The notes beneath the pieces were generated by a model, which was given only the letters and a program-made list of their open reading frames with translations, was not told the DNA's origin and did no database searches. Of a stretch of 64,000 bases of DNA, positions 27,452-42,500 are shown piece by piece. A program made the position numbers and the translations under genes. The DNA comes from Octopus vulgaris (lineage: Eukaryota): NCBI GenBank assembly GCA_951406725.2, contig OX597826.1, positions 41,044,001 to 41,108,000 of the forward strand. The letters are read 5' to 3'. Positions within the stretch are counted from its first letter, which is position 1, and each line of letters begins with the position of its first letter.

Positions 27452-28690
27452 GAAATTAATAGAAAAACAAAAGACGAAGACAGGTGTATGAACAACAAGC
27501 AAGTGTATTAGTCTGATGATCAGGAAAAATGAAAAAGATTTTTACATTTCGAGCCTATGCTCTTCAACAGAAAGGAATAAGAGAAAATAAACAGGGAGAG
27601 AGTGAAAAAAAACTTGTAGATTTCAGCAGTCCAGCATGGCAAATGATTGGGAAAAAAGAGGTTGAAAGGAAGGGAGATAATAATAAAAAAAGAGAGGTCA
27701 AATGAAAGGGAGATAATAAATGCTAGCGATCCCAACAAGAGAAGGTGCGCATGTATGTGTGTGACTCTGATGTGTGTGTGTATGTGTGCATGTGTAACGT
27801 GTGTGTATTGTGTGTAGCAGTTGATGTGTGCTTTCTCATGTAGTGTGTGCATGTGTGTGTCTGTGACCCAAAATGTGTATGTGTATGGTGTATATACGTG
27901 GGTGAAAGTTATCTTTGTCTATGTATGTTGTGTGTGTATGTATATATAGCCTGTGTTCAAGTATATGTGCTTGTGTAGGCGTGGGAGTATATATTGTGTT
28001 CAGGTATTGTGTGCTTGTGAGTGTATGGGAGTGTGCATGATGGTGTGTGGTATATATACTGAGTTTCACCTTTGCATAACCTACCACAGCTGCATAGGAT
28101 GGAGCACACGCAGCCTTTGGTCATATTTTCTTCAATTGGTGGTTTCACTTGAAGGAGATATTTGCAAAGTGTTGTATTACTCTTGAATACTTATTTCTTT
28201 ATTACCCACAAGGGGCTAAACATAGAGGGGACAAACAAGGACAGACATAGGTATTAAGTCGATTACATCGACCCCCAGTGCGTAACTGGTACTTAATTTA
28301 TCGACCCCGAAAGGATGAAAGGCAAAGTTGACCTCGGCGGAATTTGAACTCAGAACGTAGCGCCAGACGAAATACTGCTAAGCATTTCGCCCGTAGTGCT
28401 AACGTTTCTGCCAGCTCGCCACCTGAATACTGTCCTGATGTCATATTGGCCACATATCTTTTGTATCTTTTTGGAGAGGCCCTTCACATAGGGTAGACAG
28501 ACTGTGGACAGTTTATTGGTGTCATTCTCTCTTCTCTTCATAATTGAAATGGGTAGTTGTTAATAGATTGTTATTTAGCTTGATCATTTCTTCCATGGTG
28601 GGTTGATGTACAGGCAACTAACTCAACACTACAGTAAACTACCACACATGTACGGTCTCCCTAAGTTCACCAGTTAGGACTTTGGTGAAC
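27450..28690 (-). mobile_element. Penelope-like element remnant (GIY-YIG endonuclease end and 3' terminal repeat), interrupted by a SINE
   Basis: LPYVKGLSKKIQKICGQYDIRTVF|KSNTTLCKYL...GCVCSILCSCGRLCKGET is a degenerate G.VY.IPC.C...YIGET; hammerhead-like core at 27537-27575. Confidence 0.75.
28192..28423 (-). mobile_element. Young full-length tRNA-derived SINE with 8-bp TSD
   Basis: TGAATACT at 28184-28191 and 28424-28431; head GGCGAGCTGGCAGAAACG, B box GAGTTCAAATTCC, core GCCTTTCATCCTTTCGGGGTCGATAAA. Confidence 0.9.
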
Positions 28691-30072
28691 AGACTTATCA
28701 CAATCAAACAAACATAGGTATCTAGTTATCAAGCTCAGTACTCACTGTTTTGAGTTCAAGTCACACTGACTGTTTTGCAGGATCACTAATCATCATTATC
28801 ATCATCATCAACATCCTCAACATTATCATTTAAACCTGCTGGCACAGTTGGAAGATCTGATGAACTGGAGGACAACATTGAGCTCTGATGTCTTTAGATT
28901 TGATGCAATTAATATAGGTGATTGAGTAGAGACACTCGGCAAATTCACCCACCAACAAAATATGGCTTCATGTCTAGTCAAATGGAGTAGGTAATTTAAA
29001 TGTAGTTGAAACAAATATTTGTAGGATGTTTTACAATCACATAGGCATAAAGTGGTTGAGTGAATATGGTATAGGATTGCCAGCACACAAAACTTGAGTT
29101 TAATTATTCTACTGCAAGTATATCAATCTATATTCAGGGGACACTTAACTCAGCAAAACATATCAGGTCATCTGGGAGTATAACATGAAACAGACTTGCA
29201 CCATAAACAGAAGATTTATTTCTTACTCAAGTCACTGAAATTTATAACGTCTCTCTGAAAGCTTTACAATTTAATCGTTATCATTACCACTGACATACAC
29301 TGCAGACATGTTTCAATTAACTTTGAAAATAATTAATTTAAATGAATTTAGTTAAATAATCAAATTTTTCATAATTAAAAAAGTGTTTGGAACATGGATG
29401 GTTTTCATATAAAATCATGATGAAAGGTTTTAATAGAAATGCATTTAGATGAGAGAGTTTGTTTTATAGAAGCAGAGGAATATCATGTGGATTAATGACA
29501 AAAGGGTTAAACTCCAGTCAGGTAATATGTACTTTACTCAAAGCATTGCCTATGATAAAAGGTAAACACATTGAATCATTGTGAAGGAAACCAATACACA
29601 CACACACACATAATATACAGAAACCAACACACAGGCACATACATATAATATACAGAAACTAACACACATAATATACAACCAACACACATATATAATATAA
29701 ATGCACATCCAAATATTACATGCACAAACAAAAAGAAAAATACAAAAACATGACACTTGTTATCAATTTAGCAAAGTGTAACAGTTTCTGTGAGAAGACA
29801 TCAATGACCAAATTGACTGGATCTCAGATAATCAGAGGCTTAATGTTTTATATATAGTCACAACTATGTGTTCATAACTGGCTGCAAGGAGTGACAGCAC
29901 TGTAAAACTGTTCAGTTTCATTGATTTACATCACTAAGTTCCAATTCCTTCCATGAGAAAAAAGTTCTTTTGATTGATCAGTAGCACATTATATATATAT
30001 ATATATATATATATATCTATATATATATCATCATCATCATTTAGCGTCCGCTTTCCATGCTAGCATGGGTTG

Positions 30073-30106
<34 letters not shown>

Positions 30107-32716
30107 CCAAAATCCAAATCCAAATCGATCAACATCAATGGAAGTTGCAGCTGTGATACCAGTGCCGGTGGTACGTAAGAGAACCATTCGAACGTGGCCG
30201 TTGCCAGCGCCACCCCGACTGGCCTCGTGCCGGTGGCACGTAAAAAGCACCATCCAATCGTAGCCGTTGCCAGCCTCGCCTGGCACGTAAAAAGCACCCA
30301 CTACACTCACGGAGTGGTTGGCATTAGGAAGGGCATCCAGCCGTAGAAACATTGCCAGATCAGACTGGGCCTGGTGCAGCCTTCTGGCTTCCCAGACCCC
30401 AGTTGAACCGTCCAACCCATGCTAGCATGGAGAGCGGACGCTAAATGATGATGATGATGATATGTACGGGATAGGAATTTATGCTTGATCTGATTGATGA
30501 TACATGAAGCAGAAATAAGCATCAATCTCTTGGATCTTTATGGTTTGAGAAACCAGCTGCCCAAACATCAATATCTTCTTCTTCTGCTTCCTCTCTAGAA
30601 TTTTCTTAATGATTGATAGCCATTGTTTAAAGTATCTTCAGTTCAGTGCTGACATATCTAGAAGACTGTCTTAAGATTGCTAGTGCACTAATTTAGACTC
30701 CTGGTAAGTGAATTCTGCAATACAGCTTCAATTCCTGGTTGAACCAGTTTTGCTTGCTTTTAGTTATTTCTTATGAAATTATGTCTTGAAAATTTGGTTA
30801 CAGATCCTATCTTTCTTCTTCTGGTTATTTTCTGGGTCTCTAAGATTGGTTAGGGGAAGGAAATAAGTTATCCTCAGGCCAGACACCTCACCTGAATACA
30901 TGTAACAAACTGTAATCCATTAAAGCTACCCATGGGCAAGTGATGGTGTTAAGCAGGGTGATGTATTAAGTGCAGGCATATAAAATAAAGGTTCACAAGT
31001 TCAAGCCCTGTCTGATCATATCTACTAACATATTGGAAGATGGTGAGAAACATTAAAGCACAATAAATCATATACAAAAAAAAAAATAAAGTTAATACTA
31101 ACAATATAAAAATATTATCTGTCAGTACATCATTGTTAAGTTTGGCATCACTAGTTTTCAAATTATGAGAGTTATTATTTATCAAGGACACTAGACTGAC
31201 TACCAGTGTACAAACTAACATTTAGTATGTTATCACTGACAAAGTGCTATAACACTGTCAAAGACACTTAATATTGAACAGTTTAGAGCAGTAAGCTTAA
31301 TCCTTTAGCGGTCAGAATACTCTTTCAAATGTAATGCTTATTTATTCAAATTGTTGTGAATTAATCATGCACTGTCTTGTAACTTTGAAATTTCAATGAT
31401 GTGATTGTTTATTTTTAGAATAACATTATATGGTAAGTGTGAGATGCCAGATCTGGATGGTTTGAATGTAAAACAGGTACAATATTTGGGTTAGATATGG
31501 ATGGTTTAAATGCTAAACGGTTAACCCTTTAATCCTTTCATGACCATTTTTCTCGTGAAATATTATCACTTTCAATTAACTTTGAAAATGGTGATGAATT
31601 TTAAGGAATGTAGTAAAATATCTTTGTCATCCTTCCTCTTGTGACCATGTCATTAGAAGAAACTAAACTAGTAAGGCTCATAAAGAGGCACAGTTCACTA
31701 TGTTTATTAGTAAGGGGACAATTTATGACTGTTTCTAACTTGCATTTTGAGAAGAACCTTTAGTACAAATGTTTCCAGCCACTGTACCATTGCACACTTG
31801 TATGTTACAAGTGTGTCACCAATGGGCCAAAGCTTTTAGAAGTGAGTTGGAAAATGTCAAAATATTCAGATAACTTTCCAATGCACTATTCTAGTGCAAG
31901 TGAATTTCTTTGCATTAAAATGCAATGTATCCACCCATCTCTATTTTAAAGCAATTTTGATATTTTTTATAAAGCAAAACTTATAAAGAGTTGGTGTGTC
32001 ACTATAACATTTTTAGCAGTTCATTCAGTGTTCTATGGATAAAAATCGGTTGAATATAATTATTTTAGTAGATTGGTGTCACAATGTTTTTGCAGAAAGG
32101 GATCTAGATCAAACTCTTAATGCCATACAAACTGGAAAATTTTCTCATAAGCATAACACTTTTTAATAAGCCACAATGAAAACATCTTTCAGTTAGTAAT
32201 AAATTCCAATTGCTGTGGTGGAAGAGAAATATTCTTTCCCAGAATAATACTTTTAGTTCAGTGCATGTAACTTTTCACGGTAGTTCCTGATATTCATTCG
32301 CTACAGCTTTATATAATTAACTCCTGGTCTGTAAAAGAAAGTGTTCTAGGTAGGGTTTAACAAAATTCTTGAAGACTTAAATTATATTGGAGAGAGGTGT
32401 GTCATATACATTGTTGTACATTGTTACATAATTGTTGAGGTGTTCATTGCATGGATGTGAAAGACTTTGTCCATAAAATGAAAAACAGCAAAACTGGCTT
32501 GTTTTAGTTTCAAGTATGGTAAGTGTATCTGTATACATAAATACATGTGTGCATGCAGGTATGGCTGTGGTAAGAAATTTGCTTCTCAACCACATGGTTC
32601 TAGGATCAGTCCCACTGTGTGGCACCTGTATGGCAATTGTTTTCTGCTATAGTCTCAGACTGACCAAAGCCTTGTGAGCAGAGTTGGTAGGCAGAAACTG
32701 AAAGAAACTTGTCATA

Positions 32717-33118
32717 TCTTCTTTATATATAAAAGTAAGGTTGTGTGTCTGTCTCCTACGATTTAGATTCCTAACTACTCCCACATTTTGAGGTGCAGTT
32801 TAACCAAAACTGGGTATCTTATAGTCGTGATTCATATCGAGCCCTTCTGGGTATTAGCGTGCGTCTACGATGAGTCTATGATTTTTAAAAAAATTTACCA
32901 TCATTGTTTTCCATTTTAATGCATTTTTTCGCTATTATATAAGGGAAGTAACTCTCTAAAAATGTCTACGATGAGTCAACGATTTAAAAAAAAAATTTAC
33001 CATAATTTTTTTTCCATTTTTAATGCATTTTTTTGCTATTTTTGGGCTATAACTCTCTAAAAATGCTTATATAGTTATTTCCCTTACAAACCCGAGCAAC
33101 GCCGGGCGATACTGCTAG
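32717..33118 (+). mobile_element. Non-autonomous Helitron
   Basis: 5' TC(TTC)TTTATATATAAAA; 3' hairpin CCCGAGCAACGCCGGG then CTAG|T at 33115-33118; internal tandem duplication. Confidence 0.85.
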
Positions 33119-36100
33119 TAGTTTATATAGTAGTAAATGAATGTCACTGTCACACAAGCAAAGCCATTATTTTCAATATACTGCAGGAACATATCTGGCC
33201 ATGGGGAAATATTATCTTGCTTGGAAATAAAAGAAGGTTGGCAACAGGAAGAGAATCCATCTCTAGAAAATCTGCCTTAATAAACCTTTCAACCCATGCA
33301 AGCATGGAAAGGTGGGCATTAAAATGGTGATGATAAATAAATAAACATTTTCAAATTTATTTCATCGATGCAACAAGGAAAATCATAAAGAACCCATATT
33401 ACCATCAACATCATTATCATTGTTGTTTTTCAAGCTGAAGAAGCCTCTACATAGTCACTCAACCAGTGAGAAATAGCAGCCAGATTTACATTGAATAACT
33501 CTGATATTTGTTTTAAAAAAAAGGAAGACACATTGGATAATGAATTCCTTGATATACTATGTCTGAAAAAAAAAGATGACTTGGTCACAAAATACCTTTG
33601 ATCAGATGCCTACTCAATCAGACTGAACCTTGGGCTAAACATCATAGTCACTATTGTTGTTTTAATAGTTTGTTTTTCCCTCCTGACATTGGTTGGATAT
33701 ATTTTCAAAACACTTCTTAATCCTACATCATTTTTTCAGTGAAGTCAGCCCAATCACGTTCCTTCAGCTTTCTGTCACATCTACCTTACACTATTACTCA
33801 ACATATCCATTTACACCATCACAACCATCTCTCTCTTAATTCCCAGGTTGCTCCACTCATGTACAGTTGCTCTTTCCACACACAAAATAGATTATACTCA
33901 GCTCATACAGACACTACTACAGACCCAGCTTTATTGAAACACAAAAAAATACCTAGTTGATTAACCCCAGGACAAACCTGATCCAACATATTTATGATTA
34001 AAAGTGTTCCAATTTTTATTAAGACACAGCATACTAAGGATTATTCTTTACAATGTGTTCTTCCTTTTATAAGGCAGAAGAGTGTGTTATAGCCCTTTAA
34101 CATTTAAACCAGCTATATTTACCCCAAATATTCTATCTATTTTATGCTCAAACTGGTCATATCTAACCTCTCACACCTATCCTACAATGTCATTCTAAAA
34201 ATAATCAATTACATCATCAAAATCTTAAAGACCATAAGATAATTCATGGTCAGTCCAAAACAATGTGAATGGATAAGCATTACATTTAACAGAGTAATTT
34301 GAATGCTAAAGCTTTAGCCGAAATGTGGTTGGTTTTTCTAAACTGGTTGAGTGACCATATAGAAGTTTCCTCTTCCATTCATATAACAGCTGTTGTTGTT
34401 AACCATGTTTTGCCTTGGACCAGCCCTGACTGAACTGGCCTACAATGAAAGATATTCCAGCCATGACCTGACATGTTTCTAATCTTTTTATAAACCTAAG
34501 AGCACATTGTTCAGTGAAGCCTTCCTGTTTTAAGATGGCTGGATGTGGTTTGAGGGATTTTAGCTGCCATAAAACACAAAAACATGAAAGATGAAGGTTA
34601 ATCTAAAAAAGATTAATTATTGTTAATGATCAGTAATAATTAATAAACTCACAACATTTTCAGGCAGAAAGCTATTTCTGTGTCTTCTAGCAGTTTCCCT
34701 GATTCTGATTCTAAAACAATGAAATGTTTTCACTCCATCTCATCTTCGAAATAATTTTGAAACAACCAACCAATTACAGTAATTAGCATCATTGCTTTTC
34801 CATTTTATTGGCAGAAATTTATAAATTTTTCTCTAAATTCATTGTTTCTTACCATTAACAAACATTTTTCTTGTAATTTGTGCATTTTCTTATTTAAAAA
34901 CAACAGAAAAACATAACTTTGTAAACAAGCTGTGAAATAGAATACAAAACAAAAATTCCTGAGTACAAAAAAAGAAAAACAGGAACTAAATCAAAGATAA
35001 AACTATCTGAAAAAACTTGGAATTAATTTTTTATTCATTTAAATGCCTTTTCAATAAAATTTGGTATAACATAAGAATATGGGCAATTAAATTCTTTAAA
35101 ACAATACAAAACAACAACAATCTCAAACAGGTCTTTGGAATTCATTGTTTCCAGGGGTAACTGAGAAAAGTAAAACATTTCTCACTAAAAACTACAAAAA
35201 TTAGGTATAATAATAATAATACTATTATGTACTTATTTTTGTTTTGGTGGGTGATATGAGATAAAAGATATATTTTTTTTTTAAATCAAGAAAAACTTTT
35301 GGCTAATATTTAATTAATGATAACATACTGAAATATACCTACTTGAATTTATGTGTGTGTGTGTATTATATATATAGCAATTACAGCATAGAAGACAGAT
35401 TTTAGTCATTGGAAAACATTCAAAAGTTTAACATTACTTAAATCATATATCACTTTAGGTCAATTTTGACAGCAAATTAATTAATGATTAACTGAAGTCA
35501 ATAATGGCTAATATGTGCCTTCTACACTGTAATTGCTTTAGTTTCAGCACATGGACTCTAGTCAAGTCCCTTGCAAAACAAGTACAATTCATATATAAGT
35601 GGTCAGCACATCCTTATGTTAGAAATATGTAGTCTGATGTAGAGTATTATGATATGGGTGACAGGATTACATTAATGGATCTAAAGGTTTCTTCTAAATG
35701 GCCATTTGACTGGGTGTTATAAATATTAGCAGCAGACTGAGAAGAAATTTCTTCTCACTGTGTATAATCAATTGACCAAAAAGCCAACTGAATGAAACCA
35801 TGGTTTAGATAATGTATCATCTTGTTTATCTCACATGCACACACACACTCCACAAGCACACACACACTCCACAAGCACACACACACACTCACACAATGTC
35901 CTCTATGATTTGGTCCCTCAGAAATGAAATGCAGAAAGTAATATTGATAGAATTAACAGAAGAATCAATGAGATCTATAGACCTGATTATATAACAAAAG
36001 AAAAATCACAATTATTTCCTTCAATATTTCGGACTGATTTGACTTATTAGATACACAGCAACACACAGACAGATATGTGGATTCTTAAAAATACCATTAA

Positions 36101-36514
36101 CTAATTAGTTTAGAGTGCATCTTTTGTTTTTTATCTTCTAATTTTCTATAGTAAAAGAGAAATTATGTTAGAAAAGGCATCAATCAACAAGGCCAGAATT
36201 CATTGTCAGAAACTCATAAAAGAACTGCTCATTAAATCAGTCCTACATGTCAGTACATCAAGAACTTTGTTATTAGGACTTCAAATACTGTTTGCAAAGT
36301 TTGATATTACTATGCTATAAATAAACTGTCTACATCTATTACTAGATCTAATAATACTAATACTATTACTACTGCACTTGCTGCTTGATATTAATGCATT
36401 TATATGGCATACTGAAGTCATCTTCATCCCTTTCTAAGGAGCAAACAATTTACATAAAGGCAACAACACCTTTTTTATATTAAAATAGAACACATACACA
36501 CTTCACACACATAC

Positions 36515-36558
<44 letters not shown>

Positions 36559-39500
36559 CAGTTAATAAACACAGGATTTGAATGTGAGCTATATGTTTCA
36601 TTTTCAGTAAGTGGGTTAGCGTGTATAGCATACCAACTTGAATGATTGCAGGATAATATCAGGCCCATCTGATTATTGTACTATCCAAGCATGAAACGTA
36701 TAGGAGCTCACATTTAAATCCCATGTCTTATCAAATTATATTCATCTCCCACCGGATTGAGTACTTATTGATTTTTACCAGTAACTGAACAGTGCACTAT
36801 ATATATATAATACATACACAGTGTGTGTATATATATATATTGGGAGAGTTATATGAAAGCCTATAAATATATTCACAAGTAATCCCATCAAGATAGTCAC
36901 AGGTAAATGTGAGGAAAACTTATGTGAATATAACTAACACCAGAATCACAATAGTGTCTATAAGCAATAGAACAATAGTGTTTTTGGGTGAAATTCTTAC
37001 AAAATGTGTTTGTGCACTCACACATCTCTTGCCAGAGGAACAGGATTATACTCCCTTCTTAGCCTGACCAATAGTAAATTAATGAAATACCTGACTAGTT
37101 ACACACTTAACAACAAAACTTCCATAAACTAGAAACCCTTCAACAGGTAAAACCCTTACCAAAATTAAAATCCCTTTGAGAGACAATCATGCAATATTAA
37201 TGTATGTCAATATATGAACTAATATAATCAAAAACACCATAAACCAAGAACTTGTAAACAAGTTTACCCGACAAGAACTATAATTTCAATAAAGGACAAC
37301 TCTAAAACCCTAAGAACAAAAGGTTCACAATCAACGACACACACACAAATAACAACAAATATATCCCATCTTCATTTGCTTAACAGATGATATTATGGTA
37401 TGTGTGTATGTATGAGTGTGTATGGATGTATATATGAATGTATATACTATACTATTTAGATACATATAAGATAATATGAACAAGTGTGGGGAAGAATAAT
37501 TCTTTTATACATTATCATATTTTCATTAAATAAAATATAATCTTTTGAAGCTTAGGAGTTGTAGAGGGGAAAGCTGCAGTTAAGTGAATTGAAGGCTACT
37601 TAAAAATCAAAACAGCATATTCATGTTAATATATGTTGACCTGAAATATCAGGTCATATACTTCGATCTGCTGTGCTAGTGCCACTCAAATTTGATCTGC
37701 AAGTGTTATTCAAGCTGATATTCAATATTAGTTACATTAGGAAGAGGTTTAAATTTGCACAGTCATCCAACTCATGCCAGTGTAAGAAGAAAATTAATTG
37801 AAAAACATGTTTGGAAGCAAATAGACCAAACAAAATAATAATTACACAGTTTTATTCATTTCAGTAACTACAAAACTATTTCAATAATGTAGAAAAACTA
37901 ATATCATTCACAGCAATAACAACCAAAATAGTTATTCACTAAAATTTAACTCTTAAAAATTCAACCAAATAAAATTAATGAAATGAAATTTTAAACAAGG
38001 AACAGTAAAGAGAATTTTAGTTTTCTCATGATACAGTTATATTACAGTTACAGTTCTGTTATTATTATAACACATATCACTACTATATTATATAGTATAT
38101 AATATTATATAACAGTACAGTTACCTTGCTTTTACATAACTACCTGTAGTACGAATTACTGTAAGTTTCTGCTTACACAAAAAACCTTATATTCTAGTGA
38201 TATTGTGAGTTACTGTGGGTAACTCCTAAGTATGTTATCTCCAAGTTAACCGCTGATCTTAACTATAGAAACAGACACTTCAAAATAATAGCTGTATAGT
38301 CACCATTCCCCCACTTTTTTTATATTTTCCAAATGTTACAACAGTACAATAAATATAATCATAACTTCAATAAATACAGAACAAAGATCTTTTTCTATCA
38401 GGTGCTTTCAACTGTTGCTAGCAGTCTTGTTCCACCTGTTTCTTACCATCAACAATTATTCATAAGGCTACATTAGATAATTCATAGTGAGATAGTTTGA
38501 TGTCCTATCCAAAAGGAGATTTATTCTTATCTCCTACAAGACTCGATCTCCCTTAATTATCCATTTAATCATCTCATCTCTACAGTCACATACCACACAA
38601 TCTCACAGATATGGAATACATGGTGGAGTAGACTTAATTAGTTTAACACCACCATGGGCGTTTCCACTCTGCTGGAAACAATCAGACCAGCTCTGAATGT
38701 TTGAGAAAAACTCCATACCTTGACACTCTGTTTTCTACTACAGCAACCCATAGAAGTGATTTCTTCCTCCCTATCTCCAAACATCTTGGAGATTTTGTAA
38801 AAGAAATGTCATGGGTTTTGTGTCTCAGGTCCTTCACTAAGACAACAAAAAAAAAACTACCAAAAAAAAAAAATCATAGTCTCACTATGTTTTACAGACA
38901 TACATGGAACTTACTTGTATGTCTATGAACATGTACTCACATGTCAAGCTCTCACTGTAACTATATTTCACCATAATTACAATCTCGCTGGTAATTATGT
39001 TTAATAGATATATTCTAGATGTACCTTAGTCATATTCTCATCATAACTGTGTTTCACATGCAATGGTAGTGTAGAACATAAAGGAGAATAAAACATTGAG
39101 AGATTTTCTTCTTCAAAACATGTTTCACATATATGCCACACAAAATATAAAATGTGTACAAAATTTTAAAATAAAGTATTTTTTTTATAAATGATGTACT
39201 AAAATAGTAATAAATAAACAATTTGTTTTAAATCATTTTCACGGTTCTCTGATTTTGTCAAACTGACTGGGAATAAAAAGAAAAAAATGCTATTTACATG
39301 TGATAGAGTGTATACAAACTGGCAGATTAAATGGTGATAAATTGTGAATAAAGATTTATAAAAAAAAAAAGATACTTTAGTCAAAGTGACAGATCTGAAG
39401 GTAGGAGTTGATATAGCAATCAATCTAAGATTATTACATAATATTATTTATAATAAAAAAAAAACATTTGTAAACATTGCTCATTATATATACAGATACA

Positions 39501-42500
39501 CTGTTAGAAAAAGTTAACTCAACATGGAACTTTACAGCAATCAACATTAATTGCAATAATTAGTTAACCACAAACATGATTACAGAGATACATTATAAAT
39601 AATAGAAAAAAATTATTTTTTTGAAAATTAATAATACTGTCTTACAATACACATAATTTCTGATTAAAAAAATATAAAACGGAAACAAATTTAATGAAGA
39701 GATCCATACTTATTTGACTTTGATGGTCATGCTTTATTAATTAAAGAATTATTAAATTCAGATTATATGTAAAAAATGTTTATCAGAGATTATTTGTCTC
39801 CTTTTTGTTAAAGTAATGTCCAGTAGCCTTCTGGAATGTAGTAAAATGCTAAAAATATCCCACCCAAAATGAAGAGGCTTGCAAGGACTAGTACTAACTA
39901 AAGAGATAAATCTCTCCTTGGATACAATGTAAGTCTGACACAGTCAACATTCCTCGATAACCCATTCCCCGACTGCCAAAATACAATGAAATATGTGTCA
40001 TGTACTGAACTCCAAACTTCTGAGTTGGCAATGCAATAATTTTATCCATCCTACCATTCTTCTTCTGCACTGATATGTTAGTACATCCTTGAGAGTATAG
40101 TCTTTGTGCAATGGTGATTTCAAGGGAAAAGAACACAGCAGAGAACATTTCAGTTGCCTTTTTCCAGCCTTATGGGAGGATTTGAGATAATCATTGTATT
40201 CGAAAACAATAATCCAGTTAACTGTGCCTCTCAATGGAACCTATTTTCAGTTAGGTACAGACAGTTTTTAATCTGTAAAATGCCAAGACAACAACATATC
40301 AAGAAATGGCAGGATACCTGATTCAGGATGCCAATCAGGTGGCACCCAACAGATATGGTATTTTGAAATTTTTTCTCTGTTATTTTTTTGGTTTTTATTA
40401 ATTTTTTAAACTGTTTAGTAATAATATGAAGTAAAACATCATGCCATCACACAAATATAGTAATCACACACACACACACACACACACAACAAAAAAAATA
40501 ATAATAAATTGAACTGCATACCAATTTTTTGGAATAGACTCAAAAGTTCAGATTTAATGGAAGCAAAAGAAAGGGGACGAAAAAAGCAATCTGATAGACT
40601 TTTGTGATTCTTATAATTCAGATGTTAAAAATATCAAATTATGATCTATGGAAAAAAAGAAAAAAAGATAAATATATAAGCACTTTCCACCCAACTCTAC
40701 CCATTTCTTATGAAAATTAGAATTCATATTCTTGTAAAAATATCTAGTATCACACAAAAGCACAAACTGTCCGTAAAAATGCTATTCATCTTAGCAATTT
40801 TAAAAAACTTCAAGCAAAGATAAATACTTATTATTAATAATAATAATAGATTTATACAGTTTATTGTAGATTTTTGAAGAAAACTGGAATTAAATTCCTG
40901 TTTGTTTCAATAATGTTACAGTAAATATCACACAGATATAGATAAAGCTTTGACCCTTCACAGAATCATTAGTGAATAATATGGTGGAGATAAGGAATGA
41001 GGACAATCGGTTGGGAAGGAATTTATAAAAAAATAAATAAATATCTTCAAAGCCAGCCTAAAAAAGCTCACTAAGAACAGTGAGCAGTGCTAATTGCAGG
41101 GTGTGAAGTGAGTGAGGGAGAGATAAATACCACCCCTACTAAGACGGCATTCTCTCAAAAATAAGATTCCCAGAATGTCTTGCATATATTTCTATCTGCT
41201 AGGTAAACCAAATTATAAACAATTATAAGTTTTATCCAATGATACAAATGAAATGCAAGCAGTAGATTTGAACAGGGGACTTTTTAAGTAGTCCTGTACA
41301 ATAACCACTGGGCCAGTTTGTCACAATTGGGCATGGTTTGTTCTAAAAGTAAAAGGACTGAACTCACAGCCTGTTGACATTAACAAGGGGCCTATATGTA
41401 TATGTATACATACAGCCATACACATAAACAAACAGTTGATGTGCTTCTTCAAAATTTCCAACAACCAAAGTACTGATCAACCCAAGGCTAAAGTAGAAGG
41501 CAGCTGCTGAAGGTGCCATGCAGTAAAATTGAACCTGGAACCATGCAATTTCAAAGCAAACTTCTTCACAATACAGCCATGCCTGTCTCTGCACACAACA
41601 CACATGTGTGTGTGTGTCCAAGTATACACATATATAGAGAGGAACTACACAAGTGTACAACAATCCAGAGTAAAAAAAAACAAATATGGTAGGATTATTA
41701 TTACCAATATTATTGGTTATGGTTTTTATGGTTTTAGTAGTAGCGGCAGCTGCTGCAGTTGTATCATCTAAAACTGACCTGAGAGTGGATATGGATTCAC
41801 TGGCTCCGCATCCCTGTCAATAATACCTATCGGTTCCTGTATACATGTCTTGCCAGGTCTGTTGCAGTAAAAACAGTTTCTTGTTTTTTTTGCTAAGCTA
41901 TAAACATACTGTGACCAGGATTAGGCCTAGGATGATGGCACCTGAGTAAGCTGAATTTCTGCACCCTCACGACTAGAAATAAACAAATTTCTAATAATTT
42001 ATCAAATGTAAGAAGGTTTTATTTCATTTTTCTACTTTCATATTTTTCTCTTTGTAGTTCTTGGAACATATTAAACATGACATAGTACCTCAACCACAAC
42101 GCTTCTTTAAGCACATCATGTCCCAGGCAACTACTTGAGTTGCTGGTAACGTCAACAGCTTTGACTGTGACACTTGTATTATAAAACATGTTGACATTTT
42201 CAATACTGAAATATTCTAATTCATATGTAAATTAGGATTTTACTTTGGGTTTGTTTGCTTTTTAACAAGACAATACTTTCTAAACCCAGCAACATTTCTA
42301 TACTACAACACCTCAAAGTAAAAAAAATAATAAACAGAATTAATGGTATTCTAAAAGAGATATCCATTTACTGAATATAACTTCCACATAGTATATGTCC
42401 CCTTTCTTTAGTAACTTAATAGTTTCAATATGTGACATCAGTTCAGATCTTTTGCAAAACAAATATAATAAAGGCATTATTATAACAGTTTTAGTAAAAA

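Noticed and set aside
38619-38657. Small hairpin CATGGTGG...CCACCATG as a miRNA or SECIS
   Set aside because: Too short for a pre-miRNA and lacks SECIS core motifs.
39894-40340. Possible third PGAP2 terminal exon (WIIVFEY)
   Set aside because: Lacks the FAL.EY..V..N..FH pattern, and I found no phase-1 acceptor giving a matching peptide.
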